A program made the translations under genes and the position numbers. DNA of 59,520 nt, taken from assembly GCA_024137785.1 (NCBI GenBank), contig JAHRHZ010000084.1, positions 7,217,573 to 7,277,092 of the forward strand, written 5' to 3'. The notes under the pieces were generated by a model. It worked only from the letters and a program-made list of their open reading frames with translations. It was not told the DNA's origin and did not search any database. How positions within the stretch are numbered: position 1 is the stretch's first letter; each line of letters opens with the position of its first letter. This DNA comes from Ginglymostoma cirratum (lineage: Eukaryota). Positions 1 through 11,190 of the stretch are shown piece after piece.

Positions 1-479
1 GTGTGCAAATTAACATTCTCAAGTTGGCAGGCTGTCATTAATGCATTCAAGGATGTGTGCCACTTACAATCTATTGAAATTCTTCAGATTAGGAGACATA
101 AAGTATCATATGCACATTTCCTGTCGATACAAGCTAGATGAGAAGGTATATAATCGAATGAAGGGTTCTTCAGTTGAATGTAGCAAAATTTGGACACAGG
201 TTTGATGTATTCATGATATGAAGACGAAGAAACAGCTATGATGTAATAGACATTACGGAGATATGGTTACAAGGTAACCAAGACTAGATTTTGAATGCTA
301 AAAGTTGTGTGATATTACAATATGATAGCAAAAAAAGCAAAAGCGTATTGTTGGCTCTGTTAATAAATGAGTGATCTGTAAAGTCATGAGAAATCACCTC
401 TGTTCTGAAAATAAATATGCAATAATTGTGTGGATGCACATAAGAAATGGCAAGGAGAAGTTACAAATGAAAATAGCTT

Positions 480-2600
480 AGAGCTCACTGAACAATAGCT
501 ACTTTTCAAAAAAAGAACTCGTTAAATGCTGTGAATGGAAAGAAGAGTACTGCAATAGTTATGGGTGATTTTAATCTTAATACAGAATGGACGCGTCAAA
601 TTTTCAGATTTAAATACTAATGATCAGAGAGACGTGGCTACACATCTACAAGCAACAAAGAAAGTTAACATGCTGATACCACAAGGTGTTAGGAAGTTTA
701 ATGACACGTTGAATTTTATTTTGAGAGGCTTAGAGGAAAAGGAATAAAAAAGAAATATTTCTCCAATTAGGCCAGGCTTTGGTGAGGAAAGTCTATAAAT
801 AGTGTGCTCTTTGCTTTCAACATTTAAGGAAGGATGAAATAAGAAGAGGAATTGCTAGAGAAACATTTCAGAAGAAAGCTAACCCTACTTTCGCTCTACA
901 ATGCTGGCAGACCTACTGAGTTTCCCCAGCAATTTCTGTTTGGTTTCAGAATTCCAGCATCGACATTTCTTCTTTTTTTTTGTTTAAGGTAGAATGCATT
1001 TAAATTGAAGAATGCACAGTGAACTTTCAGTAAGTTTAAGCTTGAGACGAGGTTGGCGTCCAAGGATGAGTAGCTGAATAAATTCAGGCCTTATTCTTGG
1101 ACGTTTCAAGGAATGGGGGGCTATTGGACTTGGTAAGCAGTTCATAGACTGTTCTACGAACAATATTTTGTGGAACAGAATAATTTAGTACAGGCATTTG
1201 TTGAATGAGAGCAGCTGTTTGATGATGTTGCAATAATCAAAGCCAGCAGGGAAATTAATCATAACTAAAAGGATTTTCACATTCTGCTAGAAACTGAAAA
1301 AAAGATGTGTCTAAAACTTAAAGAAATGACAATTGCAACAATTCGAAGACAGAATTGGCTAAGTTGTACTGTTAAGATATCTCAGACGGAAAGACTGTGA
1401 AAAGCAGTAAAACACATTGAAACTCTTAATAAAGGTATATTCCATCGAGAATGAACGCGAACAGCATAGATCAACCGCAGCGAAGTAAAGAAATGAATAG
1501 GTCCTTACGAAATTCTTCTGCTTGCTATTTTCATTTAAGCATTAACCTACTTCTTTAAATAGGTAACAATAGCAGACAAGCATCTTTCATGTCAAGATTC
1601 AACCAGAAAATTATCATCATATAAAGGTGGAGAAGGTCAAAACACGGAGAGAAACCAAACCATGAAGTAAATTCGTTAAAACGGATATTTTTGTTGTTGT
1701 GTGCAAACGGCTTGGGTATTGGAATACAGAATCAAATTTCAGAACTTGTTGATGAAACCTGACTTGGAAACAAAATATGATAGCAACGTTTTATAACAGG
1801 ATATAGGCTAGTGTGTGACGAGTGTAATTTAGCAAAATGGAGATGATGAATTGTCGCGTATTGGGAAATAGAGAAAACAACACAGGCTTATTGGTGCCCT
1901 TCTAAAGAGGGTGCAAGAACAGAAATGTGCAGAAGGTGCTTATGAAGCAATCTTCAAAAGTGGCAGGACATAATATTTGTCAAACCTTATGTTTTCTTGA
2001 AATTCGTCAATAAAAGCATTGAGTACCAAAGTAGGGAAGTAATGTTGAACCTTAATAGATCTGGTTAGGTCATCATGAGAACACCGAACCGAGATCTGGT
2101 CATCACAGTTTGGAAAAAGTGGGTCCTGGAGGGGATTCACGTGAGATATATTTGCAAGGTACTCTAAATCGGAGATGGTAGATCTGTGAACCAGTTGGAA
2201 AAGCTTAGGTTGTTGGCCTTGACAAAAGAAAATTGAGGGTATGACATAACAGAGTTATATAAGATTATGAAAGGCTCAGATAAGGTAGACAACGAAAACT
2301 ATTCCCATTCATTGACAACACGAAGTCCAGAAAACATAGAATTAAGGTTGTGGAAAAGAGGTACAGAGGAAATGCAAAGAAGCATTTATTATTGTGAGTC
2401 ATATTGGCTTGTTAAATGCATTCCATTACGACAGTGGAAGCAGAGACCATCAATGATTTCAAACGGGAAATAAATGGGCATGTGAACAAAGTAAACTGTG
2501 GGCCACAGTTATCAAATAATGGAGCGGGACTGAGTTGCCTCAAGAAAAGCTTTCAGACTTGATAGGCCATATGCTGTCTTTAGTGCCTCTAACTTAATCT
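480..2600 (+). mobile_element. Highly decayed CR1-clade LINE fragments
   Basis: Endonuclease motif remnant AIVMGDFNL (gcaatagttatgggtgattttaatctt, ~552-578), CR1 RT C-terminal remnants ('LNFILRGLE' ~710-735; ~1960-2300) and a CR1-like 3' region; many stops and frameshifts. Confidence 0.6.
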
Positions 2601-3008
2601 AATTTAAAGTTATTTTCATTTATTCACTGACGGAAAACGGGTAGCAAGGACTAGGCAAATAGTGCTCGTCAATCCTAATCGGTCTTGAGAAAGTGATGGT
2701 GAGTTGACTTCTTGAACTATTGCAGTCCATCTGGGGTTGGTGCACTCATAATGCTATGAGGAGAATGGTTTGATTAATTTGAAAAGCAAAAGTGAAACGA
2801 CCGTGGTAAAATTCCATGTCAGTATAGAAATGGTGACATCCCAAGGCATCTACTGCTCTTGCCCTCCTGGGTGCTAGACGTCATAACCTTACAAAACACC
2901 AGAAACTGATGAGAGGAAATTTCATGCCAGCTTTTATTTACAAGTTCAATTATCTCAAACAGTGAGTGACAATGTGCTAACAGGTAATATTAAACATTGA
3001 TTTCACAG

Positions 3009-3150
3009 ATTGAACAAAAAGGCGGAGATGACAAGTTGGCTTGTGCAACTTGAAGATTGCTGATTCCAAAAAAAACATCAAAACTGGTATAGCAAGACAA
3101 ATGTGCAGGATATGCAGATATAAAGCTGACAAGTGAGAAGCTGAGCATCC
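3009..3150 (+). pseudogene. Decayed copy of the terminal cytoplasmic exon of an upstream paralog of the V-C1 receptor gene
   Basis: The acceptor ttcacag|ATT matches ttcacag|ATC at 37677. Reads IEQKGGDDKLACAT*, then after a 1-nt deletion LKIADSKK, and after a 1-nt insertion TSKLV*QDKCAGYADIKLT, aligning to IKKGSGGNKVTHATLQIADSKKSSKPKLQDNSALYAEVKVT. The upstream intron is also homologous (aactgatgagaggaaatttca ~2904 vs aactgatgacaggaaatttca ~37571). Confidence 0.85.
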
Positions 3151-3399
3151 AGAAAAGCAGTCTGAATTTGTGAATTATTTATAGATGGAATCCGAGGATA
3201 TCCAATCATATACCATAAAATGATGTCTATCACTGTTCCACAGGACAAGAGGGAATAATGACCTAAAACATTACGTGTAACTCATGTGCATAATGGGAAG
3301 AAAAGGTGAAACGTCAATTTTCAGCTTCAGTGTTGAGTGTTATATCCAAACATAATAGGTTGCCAAATACAGCTCTTCAGTTTACTGTGTAAGACTCTC

Positions 3400-5362
3400 T
3401 GTTCATCTTCTTATTCCCGACTTTTATCTTCTCTTTTACATAACTGACATGGATCTCATTACAGAACATTTATCACCAGTCTATCGGAGAACTATTCCAT
3501 ATTAGAGCTTTTCATGAGAAGGGCTGGCGTTTCAGGCGGAAAATCAGTCTCCATATTCAACAAAGGGATAATCTACGCCATCATCGTAAAACACAAGGCT
3601 GATGCATTTGTAAAGTGTAAATAACACATTGTTAACTCTTCCTGACGTCTCCACCATGCATGTGGTCTCAATAAACAAATTAAGGCACTGGTAACTGCAA
3701 ATTTCATGCGCCTGACAACAATGAGCAAGCTGAAGACTTCCAATCCAGACTAGATTTGACCAAGACAATTTGTTCCATTACAGCTACACCATTGGCATCT
3801 GGGTGGCAATGAGTAAAATTGTCCAGATATGTCTTAAAAAAAAGGACACAACCACTAATGCCAATTGCCACCATATCAATCTACTTTGCACCATTGGAAA
3901 GGTTATGGAAGGGGGCATTGTTATGTAAAGACACTCGCACAGAAATAACCTGCTCATTGGCGCTCATTTTGGATTCTTCCAGAGACATTCAAGTCCTAAT
4001 ATCATGTCATATTTTGTTCCAAAAATAGACAAAAATACCTGAGCTCCAGAGGTGAGGTGAGGCTGAGCGCTCTGAACATCAAGTAAACATTTGACCAAGC
4101 ATGGCTTCAAGAGCTCTCGCAAAACTGGAATCAATGGTGTTCAGAGGGGAAAGATTCCAGGAATTGTAGTCATATCCAATAGAAAGGATGATCATTGTTG
4201 TTTTTGTAAATCAATCAGCTCAGTACAAGTCTAATAGACCAAGATACTAAATAAAAACCGAAAGAATTGCACATGCTGTAAATTAGGAACAAAAGCAGAA
4301 GTGGCTGGAAAATCTTAGGAAGTGTCACCTGACCCAAAACATTAACTCTTATTTTTTTCTTCACAGATGCTGCCAGACCTGCTGAGCTTTTCAAGCCACT
4401 TCTGTTTTTGTCCCAAAACAGTAAGAGTTTCTCGGGGTAGTCTCTGACCCGAACCATTTTCACATGATTCGATTACTTTGTCGACAAATAGTCAGAATTT
4501 AACATACTTGTTGGTGATTGCACAATGTCCAACGTAATTCACGAATCATATGATCCATGTCCATATGCAGCAAGACCTGAATGGTACTAGGCTTGGACTG
4601 GTGAATGGCAAGCAACATTATGCCACAAAACTGCCCATCAATGGGAATCTCAAACAATAGGGAATTAAACATTGCCCTGCAGCATTTATGCGCATTGCCA
4701 TCATTGAACATCACACTTTCAAAATTCTGGGGTTGCTGTTAACCTGAAACTGAAATCTAACAATTAAATTAATACTGGTTTTGCATGAACAGTTGAGGGC
4801 AAGAGTTACTGCAATGAGTAATTTGCCTCCTGACATGCCAATGCCTTTCCACCATCTACAAGTCGTAAGTCAGGACCGTCATGGAATGCTCTCCACTTGG
4901 CTGGATACGTGCAGATTTGAGAGCAAACAAGAAGCTCAACATTATTGGAAGAAAAGCAGCCTATGCCAATAGCATTCAATCCAACACTTTCCACATTCAA
5001 TTCATCCACAATTGACATACGGGAACAACAATGTCTACTATTTCCAACTTGCACTGTAGCAAATCTCCAATACACGTCTAACAGCTAATTCAGGTGCCAT
5101 TACCTCTACCATACAGGAAGGGCAGCATATGCTGGAGCCATCTGCAAGTTCCTCTCCAAACCACATATTGTCCTGCATTACATTTCTGATTGTACACTCA
5201 CTTTTTCCTGAATCAACATCCTTGAACATCCTCTGAAAATAGTTAGGAGCATTTACAAGCAAAGGGCTGTGGCATTCAAAGTTCAGCTAAGCACAATCAG
5301 CAAGCTTGATTTGGAAGTAATAATAAAACATTTAGCCAGTCATGTCCATATATCATGAATAA
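3400..5362 (+). mobile_element. Decayed LINE (CR1/L2 clade, same family as 48620-50710)
   Basis: RT-like remnants (aaacatttgaccaagcatggc, KAFD-like, ~4085) and a 3' tail resembling the tRNA-SINE tail (~5330-5362). Interrupted by a Penelope-derived short repeat at ~4280-4415. Confidence 0.5.
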
Positions 5363-5699
5363 AGCGAAAGTAATTCATTCTCAAACCTCTTGCGAAGAAG
5401 GAATTCAACTCATTTCCTGCATTGTGCAAAATAAATACCTAGTTAACCATATCCGACACCAATAGGAGGCACAAACCAGTGAAACTTGTTTGTGATTCAT
5501 TACTTTTCAGGGCCATAGTTTTTAAATTCAGTTCAACTCAACAGCTGATGTCCAGATCAAATTGCATTTTTCCTTTGGAACTAGAATATTCTCAAAGTAC
5601 ATGTTGATACTATTTCAAGAATATGTGTATGCAACATTATGACTGACTGCGTGTGAAATACAGACTTACCGGTATTTCTGTCAACTTGTTTACCTTTGC

Positions 5700-6033
5700 T
5701 TTTTGATCATTCACGGGATGACGGTATCACCGACCAGGCAACATTTATTTCCCAGATTGCAGTTCAGAGTCAACCCCATTTCTGTGGGTCTGGAGTCATG
5801 TAGGCCTGACAAAGATAAGAGTGGCAGTGTCCTTCCCTGAAGGACATTATTAAACCACATGTTTTTTTTTTTCCTGACAATTGATCATGGGTTAACAGCC
5901 ATTATAGAACTCTTTTTGCTGGATTCAAAATCCACCATCTGCCATGGCGAGATTTGTATCCAGCACCACGGAACATTTTCTGCATATCTGGACTAACAGT
6001 CCAGCGATAGTACCACTGGGCCATTGCATCCCC
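5700..6033 (-). mobile_element. tRNA-derived shark SINE (family of 20075-20417)
   Basis: Colinear with the copies at 20075-20417 and 33265-33600 (gggtctggagtca..tgtaggcc.gac, ccttccct.aaggacatta). Confidence 0.75.
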
Positions 6034-6223
6034 TTGCTGTTTACAATTTGGCCTTTTCTGTACTTGGAAAACCAATCATGGAACTTTTGGCGATTCAGTG
6101 GAATTCCTCCACTCTGTCTGCAGTTTTGGTGTTTTCTACGCCAAAGGATTAAAATCAACAATATAATTAATCTCCTTTAATTAGTCTATAAAAGACCCGT
6201 ATGGGAGGGAAGAAACCCCATCT

Positions 6224-6903
6224 CAGATGGCTGCAGTGTAGGACGCTCCACTGCTTTGCTTGTTCTTTTTCTTTCTCTTAGTTTTCCACTCTATTTTAAT
6301 TCTTCCCTCCCCTCGTCTATCCTCAGATCCGGAAGCGAATGCCAGCAGGTGTTGGCAGCTTATGGAACGAGCCGGAACACTGTGTGATGTGGCGTCACCT
6401 GGAGCAGCATGGAGAACGAGCTACTTCGAGGCCCGGAACACCGCGTGGGCTGCTAGCCCTGAAGCAGTGTGGGGAACAAGCTGGTACAGCCGCCGAATGA
6501 GCTGATACAGCGTGTGCTGCTAACTCTGGGATATTGCACGGGGAATCCGAAGTTCTGGAGTGGTATGAGGGAGGCAAACTCCAGTGAAGCGCCCCTTAAC
6601 TTGTTGTTGCTGAGTGCCAGTGACAAGCGGAATGGAGGCTGGTATGATGCAGGACAGTTGCTGCACTTGGGCATGGTGCCATGTGCTGAGTTGCTGCTGT
6701 TTGGTACTGTTACAGGACTTAATGTAACTCTTTACCTTTTGATTTTCTTGTATAACAACATTTTAGTTTACTGTATAAGATTTGTGTTTCGGTACTTGTA
6801 CGTAAGAGGGCGCCTTTAAAAGGCAACCATTGTAAAACCTTTGCTGTAATCGTGCACTTCTCTGCTGGATTATAAGTGACAATAAATGATATTCTATTCT
6901 ATT
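6224..6903 (+). repeat. Unclassified ~0.7 kb interspersed element with AATAAA and (ATTCT)n tail
   Basis: GC/CpG-rich body that contrasts with the flanks; ends gtgacaataaatgatattctattctatt, a retroposon-like simple-repeat tail; no credible protein. Confidence 0.45.
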
Positions 6904-7921
6904 GGTGGAAATCTTCAATAAACGTCAATACAGACTCACCTGTTCATTTCAGTGACAATAAGTCATGTCGGAAAGTAATCATATACCACATCCTCCAATG
7001 CTACGGTTGCGCAGACCTTTACCAGTATAATGTTCCAAACTAATCGTCCTGAGAAGACTTTGACTTTCTGTTAATGACTATTGACCACGTCCAAATTGTG
7101 TACTGATGGCATCAAGACACCTAAGAGCTTACCCTGCTGTGTACGACATCAATGACGCCACATGTTTAGTTTTAAGGATGGAGGTGGCTGGCGCAATGTT
7201 TTCGGATTAAGGATTGACTTAATAGAATTAATATAAGCCTATTCAGGTTGGCATTGAGTTGGGTTTGGGGATCGACGCTTTAAGAATAACGATTGGCTTG
7301 GTAGAATCATTTTAAGTCTTTCTAAGCGTGCAGGTAGCATTGTGTTTCGGGCACCTACCTGGGCCATTGTTATGAAAGAAGCTGACAGTAACACTGTACA
7401 ATTCAGATCTCAGAGTGAAACCTGATAGATCCTCAGTTTTAAATTTGAAGTTTCATAATTAAGATAGCCCTTGAAAGCGGGAGATGGTCAATGATCTTTT
7501 CACAAAAAACAACACAAGATTATTGCAGAAACAAAACAACCTAAATGTATGAAAAGCAACTTAGAAAGATCTTTTCATAAACAGCAAAAGTAAAGTTTCC
7601 ACCCTGCTCCCAACAGTATCTTTTACAGTCACCCAATGCCAGAAAAATAAACCTTCTAATCATTCACTGATGAAATCAAATGCATTTCTTTTTGGTGACT
7701 TTCGCAAGATGTGGTTCTACTCATCATGGTCACTGCGTCCTTAAAATATAAAACACTTTAACACATATTTGCAGCTCTGACAGCTTGAACAGCCACAAGC
7801 TGAACTAAGTTAATGATTCTTCTGCTCAGAGAACTGCTCTTCTTTGGAACTCAAGCTGCTATAGACAATTCGTTTCTATATTATAAAATTCAATTCATAA
7901 AAACCAAATACTTATTATGAT

Positions 7922-9995
7922 TCATGGAACATAGAACAGTAGAGCACAGTACAGGCACTTTGGCCCACGACGTTGTGCCGATCTATTATCCTACTAAGGT
8001 CAATCTACCCTGCATACCCTACATTTCACTATTCTCCATGTGCCTATCCAGGAGTCGTTTAAAAGTTTCAAAAATATCTGACTTCACTACCACTGCTGGC
8101 AGCGCATTCCACACGCCCACCACTCTCTGTGTGAAGAACCTCCCAACACCCCTATACCTTCGTCCAATCACCTTAAATTATGCCCCCTCGTAATAGTCAT
8201 TTCCGCCTTGGGAAAAAGTCTCTAACTATCCACTCTATCTATGCCTCTCATCATCTTATAAACCTCTATCAAGTCACCTCTCATCCTTCTTCAATCCAAC
8301 GAATAAAGCCTTAGATCCCTCAACCTTTCCTCATAAGACCTGTCCTCCAGTCCAGGCAGCGTCCTGGTAAATCTCCTCTGCACCCTCTCTAAAGCTTCTA
8401 CATCTTTCGTGTAATGAGGTGACCAGAAATGAACACAATATTCCAAGTGTGGTCTAACCAGAGTTTTATAGATCTGCAGCATAACCTCACGGCTCTAAAA
8501 CTCAATTCCCCGGCTAATGAAAGGCAACACACCGTATGCCTTCTTTACACCCCTGTCAACTTGGATAGCAACGTTCAGAGATCTATGGGCGTGGACCCCA
8601 AGACCCCTCTGTTCCGCGACACTGTTGAGAATCCTGCCATTAACCCTGTATTCAAATTCGAACTTCCAAAATGAATCACTTCACACTTTTCTAGGTTAAA
8701 TTATATCTGGCACTTCTTTGCCCAGCTCTGCATCCTGTCAATGTCCCGCTGCAACCTACAACAGCCCTCCACGCTGTCCACAACTCCACCAACCTTCATG
8801 TCATCGGCAAACTTACTAATCCACCCTTCCACTTCCTCATCCAACACACTTATAAAGATCACAAAGAGCAGAGGCTCCAGAACAGATCCCTACGGCATAC
8901 CACTGGTCACCGAGCTCCAGGCTGCATACTTTCCATTTACTACCACCCTCTGTCTTCTATTGGACAGCCAGTTTTGTATCCAGACAGACCAATTTCCCTG
9001 AATCCCATGTCTCCTTACTTTCTGAATGATCCTCCCTTGTGGAACCTTATCGAATGCCTTGCTAAAATCCATATCCACCACGTCCATTGCTCTACCTTCA
9101 TCGATGTGTTTTGTCACGTCCTCAAAGAATTCAATAAAGCTTGTGAAGCATTACCAGCCGCTCACAAAACCATGCTGACTATTTCTAATCAAACTGTGCT
9201 TTTCCAAATAAACATTAATACTATCTCTCAGAATCCTCTACAATAATTTGCCCACCACAGAAGTAAGACTGTAATTCTGTAGAAGTAAGTCTATAATTTC
9301 CCTTTCTTGAACAACGGAATGACATTTGCCATCCTCCAATCTTCTGGCACTACTCCAATGGACAGTGAGGATGCAAAGAACATTGCTAAAGGGGCAGCAA
9401 TCTCTTCCCTCACTTCCCGTAGAAACTTGGGTGTGTCCCATCTGGCCCGGGGGCTTATCTATCCTCATGTTTTTCAAAAATTCTAGCGCATCCTCCTTCC
9501 TAGCAACAACCTGTTCCAGCATATCTGCCTGTTTCATGCTGTCCTCACAAACGTCAATGTCCCTCTCACTGATAAATACTGAAGCAATGTATTCATTAAG
9601 GACCTCCCCTACCTCTTCTGACTCCACACACAAGTTCCCTCCACTGTCCCTGATTGGCCCCACCCTCACTCTGGCCATCCTCCTGTTCTGCGCATAAGTA
9701 TAGAAAACCTTGGGGTTTTTCTTGATCCCACCTGTCAAGGTTTTCTCTTACCCCCTTCTAGCTCTCCTAAGTCCATTCTTCAGTTCCTTCCTGGCTTCCT
9801 TGTAGAACTCTAGATCCCTGTCCGATCCTTGCTTCGTCAATTTTAAGTAAGATTAATTCTTCCTCTTGTCTAAGTGTTCAACATGTCCTGTCATCCAAGG
9901 TTCCTTCACCTTACAATCCTTTCCTTGCCTCAGTGGGACAAGCCTATCCAGTACCTGTAGCAACTGCTCCCTGATCAACATCCACATTTCTATTG
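7922..9995 (-). mobile_element. 5'-truncated CR1-clade LINE (HER1-like), RT region with frameshifts
   Basis: Minus ORFs 9238-9738 (IKKNPKVFYTY), 8890-9117 (DVVDMDFSKAFDKVP..WLSNRRQRVVVNG) and 8291-8482 (YKTLVRPHLEYCVHFWSP..LERVQRRFTR) are canonical CR1 ORF2; 3' tail repeat at ~7922-7940. Confidence 0.92.
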
Positions 9996-10547
9996 TATGA
10001 TTGGATATCTATATTTCAAAATGTTTCAGAGCCAAAACCAGGTTCAGACTCTTTCCCACCATCCAAAGTTTCTATCGATGCGTACTTAAAATGAATGGAA
10101 AGTATCACAGAATCCATAGTGATGTCACTGGCATGAACAGCCAGTTTGAATGGCTTAACATAATTGGAAGTAACTAAAATTGGTGGAGTCATCAGTACAG
10201 CTTTTAGGTTGTGAAATATACTCAGTTTATGTTGTCCACTAAAATTTATAGCTTTTCTCCCAGGAACACGTCAGAGTAGGCACTAAGTCTTGAAATTCAG
10301 AATAGTCTTACCATGAAATCCATTCATTCATTCTATAATCTTCTTGGTATTTTTCACTTTTCTACTTTTATTTTCATCGTTCTAAACAATTGTATTTTCT
10401 GAGTCACGTTCCTGCCTTATGTTATTATCCTTACCTCATGTTAATTGCCTTGGATGCCATGAACTCTTAGCTTCTCAACTAGTCTTCCACGTGAGAAAAT
10501 GTCAAACATCATTCTGAAGTGCATGGAGACGACATCATCTGTATTAT

Positions 10548-11190
10548 GACAGAGATAAAAGGTACTGCAGATGCTGGAGAATCCGAGATAACAAGCATGG
10601 GGCTGGATGAACACAGCAGGTCAAGCAGCATCATAGGAGCAGGAAAACTTGACGTTTCGGGCCTAAACCCTTCAAGGGTTTAGGCCCNNNNNNNNNNNNN
10701 NNNNNNNNNNNNNNNNNNNNNNNNNNNNNNNNNNNNNNNNNNNNNNNNNNNNNNNNNNNNNNNNNNNNNNNNNNNNNNNNNNNNNNNNNNNNNNNNNNNN
10801 NNNNNNNNNNNNNNNNNNNNNNNNNNNNNNNNNNNNNNNNNNNNNNNNNNNNNNNNNNNNNNNNNNNNNNNNNNNNNNNNNNNNNNNNNNNNNNNNNNNN
10901 NNNNNNNNNNNNNNNNNNNNNNNNNNNNNNNNNNNNNNNNNNNNNNNNNNNNNNNNNNNNNNNNNNNNNNNNNNNNNNNNNNNNNNNNNNNNNNNNNNNN
11001 NNNNNNNNNNNNNNNNNNNNNNNNNNNNNNNNNNNNNNNNNNNNNNNNNNNNNNNNNNNNNNNNNNNNNNNNNNNNNNNNNNNNNNNGGGCCTAAACCCT
11101 TCAAGGGTTTAGGCCCGAAACGTCAAGTTTTCCTGCTCCTATGATGCTGCTTGACCTGCTGTGTTCATCCAGCCCCATGCTTGTTATCAT
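10548..11190. mobile_element. Young Penelope-derived palindromic insertion spanning an assembly gap, with a 14-bp target-site duplication
   Basis: The arms are inverted copies, nearly identical to 47099-47226; TSD atcatctgtattat at 10534-10547 and 11186-11199. Confidence 0.85.
10688..11087. other. Assembly gap (400 N)
   Basis: Run of N. Confidence 0.99.

Noticed and set aside
6963-7048. Minus-strand TM-like stretch with Lys (RLVWNIILVKVCATVAL), a possible activating-receptor exon
   Set aside because: The hydrophobic run is short, it is followed by acidic residues and a stop before the nearby donor, and no minus-strand Ig exons were found.
10631-11104. 157-aa ORF across the N run
   Set aside because: Artefact of translating Ns.
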